Sequence record: OZ262643.1 | DNA length: 32,000 bases | Direction: 5' to 3' (one strand) | In this document: positions 1 through 9,830 of the stretch, in pieces | Numbering within the stretch: the first letter of the stretch is position 1 | Layout of the letters: the number at the start of each line of letters is the position of its first letter | Position numbers and translations under genes: made by a program | Notes under the pieces: generated by a model | Database searches by the model: none | Told to the model about the DNA's origin: nothing | Seen by the model: only the letters and a program-made list of their open reading frames with translations

Positions 1-187
1 CTTTATCTACATGAGGTGATCTTAATACGCAATATATTCTACGTCTAGTAGGCATTGCAATAGGTCCTACCGTTTTGTTGTCAGTCCTATTCGTAGTACT
101 TAAAATGTTTTCACAAGAAGTATTTAATAGTTTGTGATTATATGCTTTTAGTTTGATTCTAATTTTGTTCTGATTTATAATGTTCAT
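1..187 (-). CDS. rps10: 30S ribosomal protein S10 (partial, 3' end beyond window start)
   Basis: My translation of the minus strand from the ATG at 187-185 gives MNIINQNKIRIKLKAYNHKLLNTSCENILSTTNRTDNKTVGPIAMPTRRRIYCVLRSPHVDK. It carries the S10 signature GPI..PT....VLRSPHVDK. Position directly after tufA matches cyanobacterial and plastid str operons. Not in the ORF track because it is truncated. Confidence 0.85.
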   Translation of the reverse strand, partial: MNIINQNKIRIKLKAYNHKLLNTSCENILSTTNRTDNKTVGPIAMPTRRRIYCVLRSPHVDK

Positions 188-214
188 GTTGTATTTTTGA
201 TGTAGTATTGAATA

Positions 215-1444
215 TTATTTTAATATTTTTGATACTACTCCTGCTCCAACGGTTTTACCACCTTCCCTGATTGCAAATCTCATACCTTGTTCTATTGCTA
301 TGGGGTGTATTAGTTCAGCACTCATTTTGATTCTATCGCCTGGCATTACCATTTCTGCCTTAGATCCGTCATCAGCTGTAAATTGATTGATTGTTCCAGT
401 TACATCTGTTGTTCTTACGTAAAATTGAGGTCTATATCCCGTAAAGAATGGAGTATGTCTTCCTCCTTCTTCTTTAGTTAAAATATATACTTCTGCTTCA
501 AATTTTGTATGTGGTGTAATTGTACCTGGTTGCGCAAGTACCATACCTCTTTGTATGTCACCTTTTTGTATACCTCTAAGTAGTATTCCAATATTATCGC
601 CGGCCATGCCCTCATCTAATGTTTTTTGAAACATTTCTAAGCCAGTTATAGTAGTCGTCCTAGTGTCTTGTAATCCTACTATTTCAATTGTATCTCCTAC
701 TTTAATTATACCTCTCTCGATTCTTCCAGTTGCTACAGTTCCTCTTCCAGTTATAGAAAATACGTCTTCTACTGCCATAAGGAAAGTTTTCTCTGTATCT
801 CTTTGTGGTGTTGGAATATAATAATCAACCGCATCCATAAGTAGATGAATTTTATCTACCCATTCGTTATCTCCACGTTGTGTATTGCCATTTTCTGTTA
901 CTGTCTCTAGTGCTAAGAGGGCCGATCCTGCTACGAAAGGTATTGTATCACCAGGAAAATCGTATTTATCTAATAATTCCCTAACTTCTAGTTCAACTAG
1001 TTCGCTTAGTTCTTCATCTTCTACTTGATCTTGCTTATTTAAAAATACTACTATATTTGGTACCCCAACTTGTTTTGCTAGTAGTATATGTTCACGAGTT
1101 TGTGGCATTGCGCCGTCTACTGCTGATACTACTAAAATTGCACCATCCATTTGAGCAGCTCCGGTAATCATATTTTTTACGTAATCTGCATGTCCAGGAC
1201 AATCTACGTGTGCATAATGTCTGTTGTCTGTTTCATATTCTATATGTGCAGTATTAATAGTAATGCCTCTAGCTTTTTCTTCTGGTGCTGCATCAATTTC
1301 ATCAAATCTTTTCGCTTCGCTTTGGTTTGCTGCTGCTAATGTTGCTGATATTGCAGCTGTTAGCGTTGTCTTTCCGTGATCTACGTGTCCTATTGTTCCT
1401 ATGTTGACGTGCGGTTTTTTTCTTTCAAATTTTTCACGTGCCAT
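215..1444 (-). CDS. tufA: Elongation factor Tu
   Basis: 409-aa ORF with the GTPase motifs [14 protein letters not shown] and NKQD. Full-length EF-Tu similarity. Confidence 0.98.
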   Translation of the reverse strand: MAREKFERKKPHVNIGTIGHVDHGKTTLTAAISATLAAANQSEAKRFDEIDAAPEEKARGITINTAHIEYETDNRHYAHVDCPGHADYVKNMITGAAQMDGAILVVSAVDGAMPQTREHILLAKQVGVPNIVVFLNKQDQVEDEELSELVELEVRELLDKYDFPGDTIPFVAGSALLALETVTENGNTQRGDNEWVDKIHLLMDAVDYYIPTPQRDTEKTFLMAVEDVFSITGRGTVATGRIERGIIKVGDTIEIVGLQDTRTTTITGLEMFQKTLDEGMAGDNIGILLRGIQKGDIQRGMVLAQPGTITPHTKFEAEVYILTKEEGGRHTPFFTGYRPQFYVRTTDVTGTINQFTADDGSKAEMVMPGDRIKMSAELIHPIAIEQGMRFAIREGGKTVGAGVVSKILK

Positions 1445-1470
1445 CTTGATGATTCCTTGTATTCTTATTT

Positions 1471-1941
1471 TTAATAACGATAGTGGGCAAAGGCTTTATT
1501 AGCTTCTGCCATTTTATGTGTCTCTTCTCTTTTTCTTACTGCATTTCCACTTTCATTTGAAGCGTCTATTATTTCGTTAGCTAGTTTAATAGACATACTG
1601 TTTCCTGTTCTTTCTAGAGCAAATTTTGTTATCCACTTGAGTGCTAAGTTTGTTCCTCGATATGCTCTTACTTCCATTGGTACTTGATATGTTGATCCTC
1701 CTATTCTTCTGGCTTTTACTTCAACAAGAGGTGTTGTATTACGGACAGCTTTTTCTAATATTTTAAGTGGATCTTCATTTGTTCTATTGTATATAAAATC
1801 TAGCGATTTATATATAATTTTTTGTGCTAATCCTTTTTTGCCGTTTTTTAATACACGCACAGTTAGCATATTAATTAATCTACTATTATATATTGGATCT
1901 GGATGAATAATTCTTTTTTTGGATACATTTCGTCTTGACAT
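1471..1941 (-). CDS. rps7: 30S ribosomal protein S7
   Basis: 156-aa ORF with a typical S7 sequence (e.g. ...[16 protein letters not shown]...). Sits between rps12 and tufA. Confidence 0.97.
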   Translation of the reverse strand: MSRRNVSKKRIIHPDPIYNSRLINMLTVRVLKNGKKGLAQKIIYKSLDFIYNRTNEDPLKILEKAVRNTTPLVEVKARRIGGSTYQVPMEVRAYRGTNLALKWITKFALERTGNSMSIKLANEIIDASNESGNAVRKREETHKMAEANKAFAHYRY

Positions 1942-1953
1942 ATGCTTAACTGT

Positions 1954-2328
1954 TTATTTTTTCTGTTTTTTAGTTCCATATTTTGACCTACTATTGGCCC
2001 TATCTTTAACTCCAGCTGCATCGAGTGTTCCTCTGACTACGTGATACCTAACTCCTGGTAAGTCTTTTACGCGTCCTCCTCTAATTAGTACTACTGAATG
2101 CTCTTGAATATTATGTCCAATACCCGGTATATATGCAGTCACTTCAAAACCAGAAGTTAGTCTGACTCTAGCTACTTTACGTAATGCAGAATTAGGTTTT
2201 TTAGGTGTAGTTGTATAAACTCTTGTGCATACTCCCCGTCTCTGTGGGCAAGATTTTAAGGCTGGAGATTTAGTTTTCTTCTTATCTTTTTTTCTTTCTG
2301 ATCTGACTAATTGTTGAATTGTTGGCAT
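1954..2328 (-). CDS. rps12: 30S ribosomal protein S12
   Basis: 124-aa ORF starting MPTIQQL, with [17 protein letters not shown]. Highly conserved S12. Confidence 0.98.
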   Translation of the reverse strand: MPTIQQLVRSERKKDKKKTKSPALKSCPQRRGVCTRVYTTTPKKPNSALRKVARVRLTSGFEVTAYIPGIGHNIQEHSVVLIRGGRVKDLPGVRYHVVRGTLDAAGVKDRANSRSKYGTKKQKK

Positions 2329-2371
2329 ATTTTATTTCTATAATATCCATTTTTGTTTGAATATTCTATAT

Positions 2372-2400
2372 ATTATAAGTATTGTACAATTTAGTGTCAA
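2372..2400 (-). promoter_or_regulatory. Consensus sigma70/PEP-type promoter upstream of rps12 (str operon)
   Basis: The minus strand reads TTGACA (2400-2395), then exactly 17 nt (ctaaattgtacaatact), then TATAAT (2377-2372). Both hexamers are perfect. It lies in the rpl31-rps12 spacer, about 44 nt upstream of the rps12 ATG. Confidence 0.6.
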
Positions 2401-2417
2401 ACTTGTTGATAAATATT

Positions 2418-2624
2418 TTACTTAATTTTGTATTTTTTCATAAATTTTTCTATTCTACCTTCGGTATCTATAATTTTTTGTGAGCCAGTAAAAAAGGGAT
2501 GGTTGCCTGACCATATATCTACATTAAGTATCTCTTTTGTTGAGCCTACAGTCATTATATGCTTACCGTCACAATAAACTTTCGAATTATTGTACCATTT
2601 AGGATGAATATTCTTTTTTGTCAT
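2418..2624 (-). CDS. rpl31: 50S ribosomal protein L31
   Basis: 68-aa ORF with IHPKWY...VDIWSGNHPFFTG...DTEGRIEKF, the cyanobacterial/plastid L31 form. Confidence 0.9.
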   Translation of the reverse strand: MTKKNIHPKWYNNSKVYCDGKHIMTVGSTKEILNVDIWSGNHPFFTGSQKIIDTEGRIEKFMKKYKIK

Positions 2625-2678
2625 AATTTATTATTTTTAATTGTTGTAAATTTGTTAAATAATATTATAATATTATAG

Positions 2679-3089
2679 TTATCTTTTAGAGTATTGTGGT
2701 GCCTTTCTAGCTTTACGTAGTCCATATTTTTTTCTCTCTTTTATCCTAGCATCTCTCCTTAGGAGTCCTTCTGATTTAAGCATTAAACGGTTTTCTGGAT
2801 TGATGCTACATAATGCTCTGGCTAGACCTAATCGAATTGCATCAGCTTGACCAGTAAGTCCTCCTCCTTCAGTTTTGACATATGTGTCATATTCTTTGCT
2901 AAGTCCTAGTACGTTGAGTGGTGCGCACGATATTCTTAAGTAATTTGGGCTAAATTGTAAATAAGATTCACCTGGCAATCCATTAATAATTAATTTGCCT
3001 GATCCTGGTATAATTTGTACTCTTGCTATAGATGTTTTTCTTCGGCCTGTACCTGAGTATATGACCTTATTCTGACTTGGTTTTAACAT
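2679..3089 (-). CDS. rps9: 30S ribosomal protein S9
   Basis: 136-aa ORF with [12 protein letters not shown] near the N-terminus and the C-terminal [26 protein letters not shown]. Confidence 0.95.
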   Translation of the reverse strand: MLKPSQNKVIYSGTGRRKTSIARVQIIPGSGKLIINGLPGESYLQFSPNYLRISCAPLNVLGLSKEYDTYVKTEGGGLTGQADAIRLGLARALCSINPENRLMLKSEGLLRRDARIKERKKYGLRKARKAPQYSKR

Positions 3090-3095
3090 ATTCTT

Positions 3096-3560
3096 TTATT
3101 TTATCTCTAATCTTATCGGTTTTTGTGCTTCGTGTGGGTGTTGGTTGTCTGAATATATTTTTAGTTTTTTAAAGAGCTGTCTTCCTAAGCTATTTTTAGG
3201 TAACATTCCTCTAATTGCGTGTTCTATAATTCTATTGGGTATTCTCTTTTGCAGCTTATGAAAGATTTCTTGTTTTAGTCCTCCTGGTTTTCCTGAATGC
3301 CTAATATAAGTTTTTTGCTTGTTTTTTTTACCTGTTATACTTATATATCTTGAGTTAATAATAATGATTCTTATATTGCTTTCTTGAAATGGACAGTATT
3401 CTATGTTATTTTTGCCTTTGAGTACATAGGCAATGTGACTGCTTAATCTGCCAAGGTTTTTGTCTCTTGCATCGATTATATACCATTTTAAGTCTAAAGT
3501 ACTAGAACGTTTTTTTATAAAAGTTTTGTTTTTGTTTATTATTGTTTGTTTGTCATTCAT
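3096..3560 (-). CDS. rpl13: 50S ribosomal protein L13
   Basis: 154-aa ORF with KWYIIDA..KNLGRLSS...LKGK. Forms the conserved rpl13-rps9 pair. Confidence 0.93.
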   Translation of the reverse strand: MNDKQTIINKNKTFIKKRSSTLDLKWYIIDARDKNLGRLSSHIAYVLKGKNNIEYCPFQESNIRIIIINSRYISITGKKNKQKTYIRHSGKPGGLKQEIFHKLQKRIPNRIIEHAIRGMLPKNSLGRQLFKKLKIYSDNQHPHEAQKPIRLEIK

Positions 3561-3595
3561 GTCATCTTTATCTATTTGATTTATAATTTAACACT

Positions 3596-4528
3596 TTAAA
3601 TTTTTTCTTGTGGCAGATGAATGTCGAGTTTATGCTTGAGTGCGTCAATTACTTCATCAGCTGATTTTTGGCCAAAGTTTTTTATTTCCAATAATTCTTC
3701 ATGGGAATAGTCTAATAGATCTGCAATTGAGTGAATGTGTGCCCTTTTTAAGCAATTATAAGCACGTACGGATAACTGTAATTCTTCTATTAAGATCTGA
3801 TTGATTTTTTTTTCCTTATTTTCAATTTCGTTGTTGTGCGCTTTAAAATTAATGCTAGTTAATGGATAGAATAAATTTGTAATTATTTTTGCTCCTTGAC
3901 TAATTGCTTCCTGTGGTGATACACCTCCATTTGTCCATATCTCGATGAATAGTTTTTCTTTAGTTTCGGTTAAGTTAATTTTTTGTTCTTCTATTCTATA
4001 GCTAATTTTTTTTGCTGGCATAAAGATAGCGTCAATTTGTAGGAAATCTACCGATTTACTATCTATACCTTTATTTACTAGCTTATATCCGTTTCCTTGT
4101 TTAATTTTAAATTCCATCTCAAAAATCGTGTTATTGCATACAGTTGCAATATATTGTTTAGGATCTATGATTTCAATTTCTGGTGGTAAATCAAATAGTC
4201 CAGTCGTTACAATAGCTGGACCTTGCACTTTTACTCTTCCTATTTGGGTTTCTGTGCTGTAACTTTTTAAAATTACTTCTTTTAAATTTAGAATTATTTC
4301 TAAAACATCTTCTCGAACACCCGTAATAGTAGAAAATTCGTGATTTACACCGGCTATTCTTACAGCTACAATAGCTGTTCCTTGTAAATCTGATAGTATA
4401 GTTCTCCTCAGCGAATTACCAATGGTAATTCCCTGTCCTTTTTTTAGTGGTTCTAAGACAAAATGTCCGTAGTGTTCTCTTGTACTTTTTGTTTTTGACT
4501 CGATGCATTCTATTTGAAAATGAGTCAT
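3596..4528 (-). CDS. rpoA: DNA-directed RNA polymerase alpha subunit
   Basis: The ORF-track ORF runs to 4597 and would overlap the rps11 C-terminus by 35 nt. The internal start MTHFQIECIESK...LEPLKKGQGITIGNSLRR matches canonical RpoA N-termini, so I chose the ATG at 4528. Confidence 0.92.
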   Translation of the reverse strand: MTHFQIECIESKTKSTREHYGHFVLEPLKKGQGITIGNSLRRTILSDLQGTAIVAVRIAGVNHEFSTITGVREDVLEIILNLKEVILKSYSTETQIGRVKVQGPAIVTTGLFDLPPEIEIIDPKQYIATVCNNTIFEMEFKIKQGNGYKLVNKGIDSKSVDFLQIDAIFMPAKKISYRIEEQKINLTETKEKLFIEIWTNGGVSPQEAISQGAKIITNLFYPLTSINFKAHNNEIENKEKKINQILIEELQLSVRAYNCLKRAHIHSIADLLDYSHEELLEIKNFGQKSADEVIDALKHKLDIHLPQEKI

Positions 4529-4562
4529 GCTTGTGTTAATTTTTCTTATTTGGTTATGATTT

Positions 4563-4952
4563 TTAAACTCTGCGCTTTTTTGGTGGCCGACATCCATTAT
4601 GAGGTACTGGTGTGATATCCTTAATAATTGTAATCTCTATTCCGGTTGCCTGTATAGCTCTAATTGCAGTTTCTCTTCCTGCTCCTGGTCCATTTACTAA
4701 TATCTCTGTTTGTTTTATACCTGATTCAATAGCAAATTTTGCTGCTTTTTCTGCTGCTGTTTGTGCTGCAAATGGAGTACTTTTCTTTGCTCCCTTAAAT
4801 CCGTTGTTACCTGCTGATGACCATGTTATAGTTTCTCCCTGGAGATCTGTAATTGTAATAATTGTGTTATTGAAAGTTGATTGTATATGTGTAATTCCAT
4901 TAACAATGTTTTTTTTCTTTTTGTTTTGGTTCTTTTTTATTTGTCTAGCCAT
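4563..4952 (-). CDS. rps11: 30S ribosomal protein S11
   Basis: 129-aa ORF with ...TPFAAQ...[16 protein letters not shown] at the C-terminus. Confidence 0.96.
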   Translation of the reverse strand: MARQIKKNQNKKKKNIVNGITHIQSTFNNTIITITDLQGETITWSSAGNNGFKGAKKSTPFAAQTAAEKAAKFAIESGIKQTEILVNGPGAGRETAIRAIQATGIEITIIKDITPVPHNGCRPPKKRRV

Positions 4953-4982
4953 CTTTTTTTATCCTATAGATTTCATATTAAC

Positions 4983-5363
4983 TTATTTCCTTGGTGCTTT
5001 CTTTTTGCCTGCGATAGTTTTCTTAGTGCCCCTTCTAGTTCTTGCATTAGTTCTTGTTCTTTGTCCTCTCAATGGTAAACTGAGTCTGTGCCTTCTGCCT
5101 TTATATGACCCTATGTCCATTAATCTCTTTATATTTATTGATTCTAACCTTTTTAGGTTGCCTTCTAATTCATAACTATCAATTAATACGTTTCGTATAG
5201 AAATGATTTGTTCATCATTAAGATCTTTAATTTTAATATTTCCATCTAACTTGATTGTTTGTAAAATTTCTTTAGATCTTGATATACCTATACCATAAAT
5301 GTGAGTTAAGCCAATCGCAATTCTTTTATTTTTAGGTAAATCTACACCTTCTATTCTTGCCAT
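4983..5363 (-). CDS. rps13: 30S ribosomal protein S13
   Basis: 126-aa ORF starting [12 protein letters not shown], with GLTHIYGIG and a basic C-terminus. Confidence 0.96.
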   Translation of the reverse strand: MARIEGVDLPKNKRIAIGLTHIYGIGISRSKEILQTIKLDGNIKIKDLNDEQIISIRNVLIDSYELEGNLKRLESINIKRLMDIGSYKGRRHRLSLPLRGQRTRTNARTRRGTKKTIAGKKKAPRK

Positions 5364-5392
5364 AAAGCACTTTATCCTGTTTATATATTTTT

Positions 5393-5506
5393 TTAACCTT
5401 GCTTCTGCTTGTGCTTGGGATTGTCACAAATTATCATGATCTTTCTATTTCTTCTTATAATACGACATTTTTCACACATTTTTTTTACAGATGGTCTGAC
5501 TTTCAT
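5393..5506 (-). CDS. rpl36: 50S ribosomal protein L36
   Basis: Not in the ORF track. My minus-strand translation gives [37 protein letters not shown] (37 aa), a canonical L36, lying between secY and rps13. Confidence 0.93.
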   Translation of the reverse strand: MKVRPSVKKMCEKCRIIRRNRKIMIICDNPKHKQKQG

Positions 5507-5540
5507 AGTGATTTTTTAGTTATTTATTGCAGTTATTTAT

Positions 5541-6776
5541 CTATTCCATCATATTATCATATTGTTCGGAAATTATATATATTTGAATTTGTTTTGCTGT
5601 ATCAATTGCTACTCCTACTAATATTAATAGTGATGTTGTTCCTAGACCTTGAAATATACTTAGTTGAGTCGTTTTAGATACTATAAATGGTAATTGTGCG
5701 ATTAAAAATAGAAATAATGAGCCTATTAATGTTAGTTTATTAATTACTCTTTGTAGATATTTTATTGTTTCTTTTCCTGGGCGGATGTTTGGTAAGCTAG
5801 CTCCCATTTTTTGTAAATTTTCTGAAATTTCATCCGGGTTTAGGATAATCGATGAATAAAAATAGCTAAATAATACTATCAGTATAGAATATATAAATAG
5901 ATATACTATATTGTTAGTTAAAATTAATTGTATGATTGGTTTAATAAGTGTGTCATTTTGATTAATTGTATATAGTAAATATTGAGGCGATGCAATAGCT
6001 GCTGATGCAAATACTATTGGCATAACTCCTCCCTGATTTAATTTTAAAGGTATATAATTTTGTTCTTTTAGATTATTAAGTTCTCCTAATTGTCTAGTTG
6101 AAATAATATTAACCTTTCTCTTACTATCTTGAATTAGAATATTAGTCATCAAAATAACGATACATAATCCGGTTATTGATGCTATTGTAAGAAAATTATT
6201 ACTATTTGTTATAGTATAAGTATTTAAATTTTTGGGTATATTGGAAATGATATTTTGAAATATTACTAACGAGGGTCCATTTCCTATTCCGTATTCTGTG
6301 ATCAATTCCGAGAACCACATCATAATAACTGATCCAGTTGTTAATATTAGTACTAAATCAATTATAAAATAGTTACTCCAGTTAAAGGTATATGGTTTAA
6401 GCCATAATGAAATAGATAAGCTTTGAATAATTGCCCATATAAGTGTAAAGTATCTTGTAATTCTAATAATCTTCTGTTTTCCTATTTCTCCTTCATTTTT
6501 TTGTATGTCTTCTAGTTGAGGAATTAGTTTAACTAATAGCTTGGTGATAATTGAGGAATTGATGTAAGGTATTATGCCTAGGCTAAATATTCCTATTGTT
6601 GAGAAACCACCGCCAGAAAAGATATTTAAAAAATTAATTACCTTGTTATCTATTATGTTATTATTAAATCCTTGATGATCTATTCCTGGTATAGGTATGA
6701 AAATTCCAATTCTTGATATGAATAGAACAACAATTGTTATGATTATTTTAGTCGCGAGTTTATTTTTGTATTCCAT
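5541..6776 (-). CDS. secY: Preprotein translocase subunit SecY
   Basis: 411-aa polytopic membrane ORF in the conserved rps5-secY-rpl36 position. SecY-like segments are present (e.g. ...GIIPYINSSII..., ...GGVMPIVFASA...). Confidence 0.9.
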   Translation of the reverse strand: MEYKNKLATKIIITIVVLFISRIGIFIPIPGIDHQGFNNNIIDNKVINFLNIFSGGGFSTIGIFSLGIIPYINSSIITKLLVKLIPQLEDIQKNEGEIGKQKIIRITRYFTLIWAIIQSLSISLWLKPYTFNWSNYFIIDLVLILTTGSVIMMWFSELITEYGIGNGPSLVIFQNIISNIPKNLNTYTITNSNNFLTIASITGLCIVILMTNILIQDSKRKVNIISTRQLGELNNLKEQNYIPLKLNQGGVMPIVFASAAIASPQYLLYTINQNDTLIKPIIQLILTNNIVYLFIYSILIVLFSYFYSSIILNPDEISENLQKMGASLPNIRPGKETIKYLQRVINKLTLIGSLFLFLIAQLPFIVSKTTQLSIFQGLGTTSLLILVGVAIDTAKQIQIYIISEQYDNMME

Positions 6777-6792
6777 ATTAATGGTAACTTAT

Positions 6793-7305
6793 TTACTGAT
6801 AAAGTTCTTCTAGGCTAAGGTTTCTATCTTTAGCTGTTTCACTAAAAGTTCTTAGATTGTTAAGTGCGTTTAGTGCTGCCCTTGCATTATTTAAAGTATT
6901 GTTTGACCCTAATTGTTTAGCTAATATATTTTTGATACCAGCAAGTTCTAAAACTATTCTTGTTGATCCTCCAGCAATTACGCCCGAACCTGTAGCAGAA
7001 GGTCTTAAAATAATTTTTGCAGCTCCTGACATGCCGTAAATGGGATGTGGTATAGAGTAATATTTTGTTAAGGGAATATTAACTACATTTTTTTTTGCAT
7101 CTGTAACTCCTTTTTTTACTGCTCCAATGACGTCGCTCGCTTTACCAACACCTACTCCTATTTGTCCATTTTCATTTCCTATAACTAGTACTGCTCTAAA
7201 GCTTAGCTTTTTACCTCCCTTAACAACTTTTGTTACCCTTTTCACTTGTACTACTTTTTCTTCCCAGTTGTTGTCTTCTTTATTTTTTATACTTTTTTTT
7301 TTCAT
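6793..7305 (-). CDS. rps5: 30S ribosomal protein S5
   Basis: 170-aa ORF with V.RV.KVVKGGK..SFRA.VVIGN..G.VG.G.GKA. Confidence 0.95.
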   Translation of the reverse strand: MKKKSIKNKEDNNWEEKVVQVKRVTKVVKGGKKLSFRAVLVIGNENGQIGVGVGKASDVIGAVKKGVTDAKKNVVNIPLTKYYSIPHPIYGMSGAAKIILRPSATGSGVIAGGSTRIVLELAGIKNILAKQLGSNNTLNNARAALNALNNLRTFSETAKDRNLSLEELYQ

Positions 7306-7317
7306 GATTTGTAAATA

Positions 7318-7626
7318 TTAAAAAATGATTCCTTCTTTTCTTGTTGCATCTGCTAAAGCTTTGATTTGTCCGTGATATATATTTTTTCCTCTATCAAAAA
7401 TTATTTTTTGTATTCCTAGTTGTTTTAGCTTGTTTGCTATATTTTTGCCAACCATTGCTGCTGTTTTGCAATTCTTGGTACATTTTTCATGATTTGACAT
7501 GTCACTTGATAAGGTTGAACTACTTGTCATTACCTTGTTGTTTTCATTGTCTATAATATGTGCATATATATGCTTATTTGATTTAAATATATATATTTTG
7601 TATTTACCGGATTTATGAGCTTTCAT
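7318..7626 (-). CDS. rpl18: 50S ribosomal protein L18 (short N-terminus)
   Basis: 102-aa ORF with FKSNKHIYAHIID and the C-terminal FDRGKNIYHGQIKALADATRKEGIIF. Sits between rpl6 and rps5. Confidence 0.88.
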   Translation of the reverse strand: MKAHKSGKYKIYIFKSNKHIYAHIIDNENNKVMTSSSTLSSDMSNHEKCTKNCKTAAMVGKNIANKLKQLGIQKIIFDRGKNIYHGQIKALADATRKEGIIF

Positions 7627-7643
7627 TGTATATGTGTTAAATT

Positions 7644-8180
7644 TTATTTACCTGCTTTTCCAACTTTTCTTCTGATAATTTCGTTTTCATATTTTATACC
7701 TTTACCTTTATAAGGTTCAGGAGATCGAACGTCTCTAATTGTTGCTGCTATTTGTCCTACAGTTTCTTTACTGATACCTGATATAATAATATTGGTATTA
7801 TTCTCTACTGTTATTTTAATATCTTTTGGTGGTTCTATGCGTACCGAATGACTGTATCCAACGTTTAATATTAAACTTTTGCCTTCAATTTGAGATCTAT
7901 AACCAATTCCTTGTATTACTAACTTTTTTGTGAATCCTTGTGATACACCTATTATCATATTATTAATGATACTGCGCGATAAACCATATAATTGCCGTGT
8001 TTTTTTATCTTCATTGTTCTTGAATAGTTTTAATTGATTACCTTGTTTATCTATTGATATTGATTCCGGTAATTTATGCTTTAGTGTTCCTTTTTTTCCT
8101 TTTACTGATATATTATATTCTTTTATTTCTACTTCTGTATTATCTGGTATTATTATTATTTGTTTTCCAATTCGTGACAT
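7644..8180 (-). CDS. rpl6: 50S ribosomal protein L6
   Basis: 178-aa ORF starting MSRIGKQII.IP, with ...EPYKGKGIKY. Confidence 0.94.
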   Translation of the reverse strand: MSRIGKQIIIIPDNTEVEIKEYNISVKGKKGTLKHKLPESISIDKQGNQLKLFKNNEDKKTRQLYGLSRSIINNMIIGVSQGFTKKLVIQGIGYRSQIEGKSLILNVGYSHSVRIEPPKDIKITVENNTNIIISGISKETVGQIAATIRDVRSPEPYKGKGIKYENEIIRRKVGKAGK

Positions 8181-8224
8181 GCTATATAGAAAGTTTTGTT
8201 TTTATTTATTTAATACTATTTGAT

Positions 8225-8623
8225 TTACCATATGTAACAAATGACTTCTCCACCTAAACCGTATTGTCTAGCATGTCTATCGGTCATTAATCCTTGTGAT
8301 GTAGATATTATTGCTATACCAATTCCACCTAAAACTGTGGGAATTTCTTTATGGTTTGCGTATACTCTTAATCCAGGCTTACTTATTCTTTTAAGTTCAG
8401 TGATTATTGGTTTTTTATGTTTTCCTTTGTATTTTAGAGATATAACCAGATATTTTTTTAAATTTTCTATGACTTCTTCAAATTGATAAATAAATCCTTC
8501 TTCCTTTAGTACTGTCATAATGTTTCTTGTCATCTTTGTTGCTGGTATTTGTACTATTTGATGTTTTGCTAAATTTGCATTTCTTATTCTCGTTAAGGTA
8601 TCTGATATAATATCATTGATCAT
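8225..8623 (-). CDS. rps8: 30S ribosomal protein S8
   Basis: 132-aa ORF with [13 protein letters not shown] and the C-terminal ...GGEVICYIW. Confidence 0.95.
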   Translation of the reverse strand: MINDIISDTLTRIRNANLAKHQIVQIPATKMTRNIMTVLKEEGFIYQFEEVIENLKKYLVISLKYKGKHKKPIITELKRISKPGLRVYANHKEIPTVLGGIGIAIISTSQGLMTDRHARQYGLGGEVICYIW

Positions 8624-8658
8624 AAATAAGTATAAATATTTGAATTAAATTATGTGTT

Positions 8659-9198
8659 TTATTTAAAAGGCATACCAAATTTTTTGAGTAGAGCTAAACT
8701 TTCTTCATCATTTTTTGCTGTAGTTACTATATTAATATCCATTCCTCTGATCTTATCAACTTGTTCGTAGTTAATTTCTGGAAATATGATTTGTTCTTTT
8801 AGTCCTAAATTATAGTTGCCCCTTCCATCAAATTGTTGATTACTAATTCCTCTAAAGTCTCTTATTCTAGGTAAAGATAGATTAATGAGTTTATTTAAGA
8901 AGTCATACATTCTTTCTCGTCTTAGAGTCACTTTTAGACCTATAGGCATATTGTCTCTGATTTTAAAGCCGGCTATAGATTTCTTCGTTTTTGTAATAAT
9001 TGGTTTTTGACCAGTGATATATTTAAATTCCTCAATACTTTTTTCTATTATTTTAGCGTTTTGAGCTGCTTCTCCAATACCTCTGTTGATAGTTATTTTT
9101 ACTAGTTTTGGTATTTCGTGAATGTTTTGGTAGTTGAATTCCTTTGCTAGCTCCGGTCTAATTTGTTCTTCATATCTTTTTTGTAATGAATTTTTCAT
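8659..9198 (-). CDS. rpl5: 50S ribosomal protein L5
   Basis: 179-aa ORF with ...[11 protein letters not shown]... and ...FRGIS...[20 protein letters not shown]. Confidence 0.95.
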   Translation of the reverse strand: MKNSLQKRYEEQIRPELAKEFNYQNIHEIPKLVKITINRGIGEAAQNAKIIEKSIEEFKYITGQKPIITKTKKSIAGFKIRDNMPIGLKVTLRRERMYDFLNKLINLSLPRIRDFRGISNQQFDGRGNYNLGLKEQIIFPEINYEQVDKIRGMDINIVTTAKNDEESLALLKKFGMPFK

Positions 9199-9227
9199 GT
9201 TATTGATGTATGATTATCACTTTGAAT

Positions 9228-9458
9228 TTATATTATTTTAATATTTGAATAGTCTATAGGTCCTTCTATTTGTGTAATATTTCCCTTCTCGTTTGACTGT
9301 TGTGCTTTTGTGTGTTTGGTTTGTATATTAATGTTTTCTACAATTACTTTATTTTTTGTACTTAATATCTTTTTAACTATACCAGTTTGACCTTTATGTT
9401 TTCCTGATATAATTTTGACTTGATTGCCTCTTTTAACTTTGATTTTATGACTTTTCAT
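9228..9458 (-). CDS. rpl24: 50S ribosomal protein L24 (short form)
   Basis: 76-aa ORF with the KOW-type motif VKRGNQVKIISGKHKGQTGIV. Sits between rpl14 and rpl5. Confidence 0.85.
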   Translation of the reverse strand: MKSHKIKVKRGNQVKIISGKHKGQTGIVKKILSTKNKVIVENINIQTKHTKAQQSNEKGNITQIEGPIDYSNIKII

Positions 9459-9461
9459 TGA

Positions 9462-9830
9462 TTAGACTACCTCTGGTGCTAGGGATATAATTTTTGTGAA
9501 ATTTTTATCTCTTAATTCCTTTGCTATTGGTCCAAAAACTCTTGTTCCTCTAGGATTATTGTCTTTATTAATAATCACTGCTGCATTATCATCAAAACGA
9601 ATACTCATACCATCAATCCGACGTAGTGTTTTTTTTGTTCTCACTATAACAGCTCTTACAATGTCTGATCTTTTAACTGGCATATTAGGAGATGCGTCTT
9701 TTACAACTCCTACTATAATGTCTCCAATTTTTGCATAATTAGGATTATTCGTACCTAAAATTTGTATGCACATAATTTTACGTGCACCACTATTGTCAGC
9801 TATATTTAAGTAACTTTGTGTTTGTATCAT
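9462..9830 (-). CDS. rpl14: 50S ribosomal protein L14
   Basis: 122-aa ORF starting [22 protein letters not shown], a highly conserved L14. Confidence 0.97.
   Translation of the reverse strand: MIQTQSYLNIADNSGARKIMCIQILGTNNPNYAKIGDIIVGVVKDASPNMPVKRSDIVRAVIVRTKKTLRRIDGMSIRFDDNAAVIINKDNNPRGTRVFGPIAKELRDKNFTKIISLAPEVV

Noticed and set aside
1151-1339. Other antisense or overlapping ORF-track entries. These are 1151-1339, 5399-5677, 6857-7039, 7127-7321, 8054-8257, 8241-8486, 9496-9738, 10414-10614, 10990-11211, 11375-11623, 12619-12954, 13580-13762, 13759-13959, 13999-14214, 14180-14371, 14375-14602, 15782-15985, 16106-16300, 19749-19931, 19932-20162, 20728-20925, 22390-22593, 23157-23393, 26029-26292 and 28943-29152.
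   Set aside because: Each overlaps a well-supported conserved gene on the opposite strand or in another frame (tufA, rpl36/secY, rps5, rpl6, rps8, rpl14, rpl16, rps3, rpl22, rpl2, rpl4, rpl3, dnaK, psaB, psaA, accB, psaD, the peroxiredoxin gene). All have low-complexity hydrophobic translations and no recognisable motif.
4529-4597. N-terminal extensions in the ORF track: rpoA to 4597, rps14 to 17997, rpl3 to 14535, ycf45 from 23554 and rpl35 from 30558
   Set aside because: The rps14 and rpl3 extensions begin at TTG and the ycf45 extension at GTG. The rpoA extension would overlap the conserved rps11 C-terminus by 35 nt. In every case an internal ATG reproduces the canonical family N-terminus (MTHFQIEC, MAKKSMVQRE, MSIAMIGKKIGMTQ, MYKLKT).
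4612-5175. 187-aa plus-strand ORF (with a nested 65-aa ORF at 4881-5078) spanning the antisense of rps11 and rps13
   Set aside because: It lies entirely antisense to two strongly conserved ribosomal protein genes. Its Phe/Leu/Ile-rich hydrophobic composition is what the complement of Lys/Asn/Arg-rich codons produces. There is no independent spacer, start context or motif. I treat it as a shadow ORF.
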